64,000 bases of DNA, taken from assembly GCF_009914755.1 (NCBI RefSeq), contig NC_060948.1, one strand, 5' to 3'. A program made the position numbers and the translations under genes. This DNA is from the human T2T-CHM13v2.0 reference genome, Homo sapiens. Positions 62,547-64,000 of this stretch are shown here, piece by piece. The notes beneath the pieces were generated by a model. That model ran no database searches. It saw only the letters and a list, made by a program, of their open reading frames with translations, and was not told where the DNA came from. How positions within the stretch are numbered: position 1 is the first letter of the stretch; every line of letters begins with the position of its first letter.

Positions 62547-63619
62547 TTACATGCAAAGCACCCAGCCTGCAAGCAGACAGTTTCCCTCCCTGGCGTGGGC
62601 TGAGCCCCCGAAAACACTGGAGTTTCTGACCTCTGTCATGGGGAATATGGGGCTTTCTTCAACAAATTCCTCTTTACGATGGTGACTTATGCCTGACCCA
62701 CCCTTCTCTTGGGGTGTCCTTCTTTGAGGGGCTGAGGCAGGTGGGGCCTGCTGGCTCCAGCATGTTCCTTACCTCCCATGAAGTACCATGTACATGGTGC
62801 AGTCTAGGCTATGAAGTCCACTAGGCTACCCCACCATTACCCTTGGTTCCCATGACGGGGGTGCCAGAGTGGCCCAGGGGCAGCAGGGCTATGGGAGACA
62901 GAGGGAGGGCCTGCCACAGCCTCCTCTCCTGTGACCACCTGGCGGCTCAGCTGACAGGAGAGTCACAGCTGCTCAGGTCACCCTGGTCACTGGAGCATGC
63001 TGGGTGGGAGAACCACTCCCTGCAAGAGCGAAAAGCTGAGAACACTGCCAACCGTGCTGGCACCCCTGAGCCAGCCCGCCGCTGCAGAGAGCCCTCTACA
63101 AAGAGCCCGCTCTGTGCTGATGGAGGCTGGAACCTGGGGAAATCTGGCTCAGGGCTGCTTGCTGGGGCTCAGGGTGGGGTGGGGCTGTGGCCCTCCACAA
63201 CCCTGCCCTGGGATGACCGTGGGTGAAACAGAACCCTGACTTGCAGGCCCCAGTCTGAGGTGGAGGGAGGGGGCCCAGACCAACCTCACCCGAATGTTAG
63301 GATAACAGGAATTTCCTGCCAGGATGAGGCTGGCACTGGTTTCGGTTCTGTCCTGAGTGGAGGGGGAGGTCAGTAGTGGACTCTCCAATCAGTGGGGCCT
63401 TCACGGGCTCTGGTCGGAAGTTCCCACATGCCCCCATCAGGAGGTCTGACTCTGGCCACCTCCTGCCTCGCCTGAGCCTGTCCTGCTCATTGCCCTCCCC
63501 TTCTAAGCCTGTCCGAACACCCCTACCTTGGGGACCCCTCCTGTGTCTTCCTTCTCCAGGAAGCCCCTCTGATCCTCCCCCTCAGAGCTCTAGCCCTCCT
63601 CCAAGCTCCATCCCTGCCC

Positions 63620-64000
63620 TATCCCAGCCTTCCTATACAGCCCCACAAGTCAAAAAATCGTGACTAAAATAAAATATCTCCCTGACAAAAAACTAAAAAA
63701 AAAAGACACTGAAGTCCCAATTAAGACTAAAAAAATTAAAAAAAAATAAAGTATCCTTTTTAAAAGTGGCCACTGTAAAGCCTCCAAAACCCATTCCATT
63801 AACTTAAAAAACAAAAAAAACCTATATACGTAAATCAGTGGCCACTACCAAAACACAAACTAAAAACTTTACACTTACTAACAAAAAAATTTAAAAAAAA
63901 AAATTGAGCCTTCATTTTCGCCTTAAAATTCTCCTATGTTTATAATTCAAAAAAAAAAAAAAAATCCGACAAATGACACATACTAACCAACTTAAAAGCA
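63620..64000. other. G-depleted, A-run-rich tract (candidate G-to-A hyperconverted DNA)
   Basis: About 25 G in 360 nt (63641-64000, hand count), directly after G-rich DNA. Confidence 0.6.

Noticed and set aside
63620-64000. Mitochondrial insertion or retroelement poly(A) tail as the explanation for the G-poor tract
   Set aside because: No recognisable mtDNA gene or tRNA and no Alu/L1 body; A-runs are interspersed with complex C/T sequence. Not excluded without a search.

Overview
Primate (human/great-ape-like) genomic DNA with no intact protein-coding gene. Bases 1-42700 are a copy of the subtelomeric/interstitial segmental-duplication block that carries a SEPTIN14 last-exon fragment, a processed CIC (capicua) pseudogene, minus-strand lncRNA-type exons, a GC-rich degenerate repeat and a 49-bp VNTR. 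A full-length, dead L1PA2-like LINE-1 (18087-24149, 16-bp TSD) is nested in an MLT1 LTR inside the block. The block ends abruptly inside the VNTR and is fused to an Alu 3' fragment at ~42700. Alu/MIR/L2-rich DNA follows, with a sharp switch to GC-rich DNA at ~54850. The most unusual signals are: (1) a terminal ~380-bp tract that reads as G-to-A hyperconverted DNA, with the only GG dinucleotides surviving in a possible stem and CpG Gs retained; (2) a scrambled CIC retrocopy with two inverted internal pieces; (3) a predicted in-frame splice from the inverted CIC piece into the SEPT14 coiled-coil exon; (4) a perfect 59-bp-arm palindrome. Repeat subfamilies and family identifications were made by eye from memory of consensus sequences, not by search.
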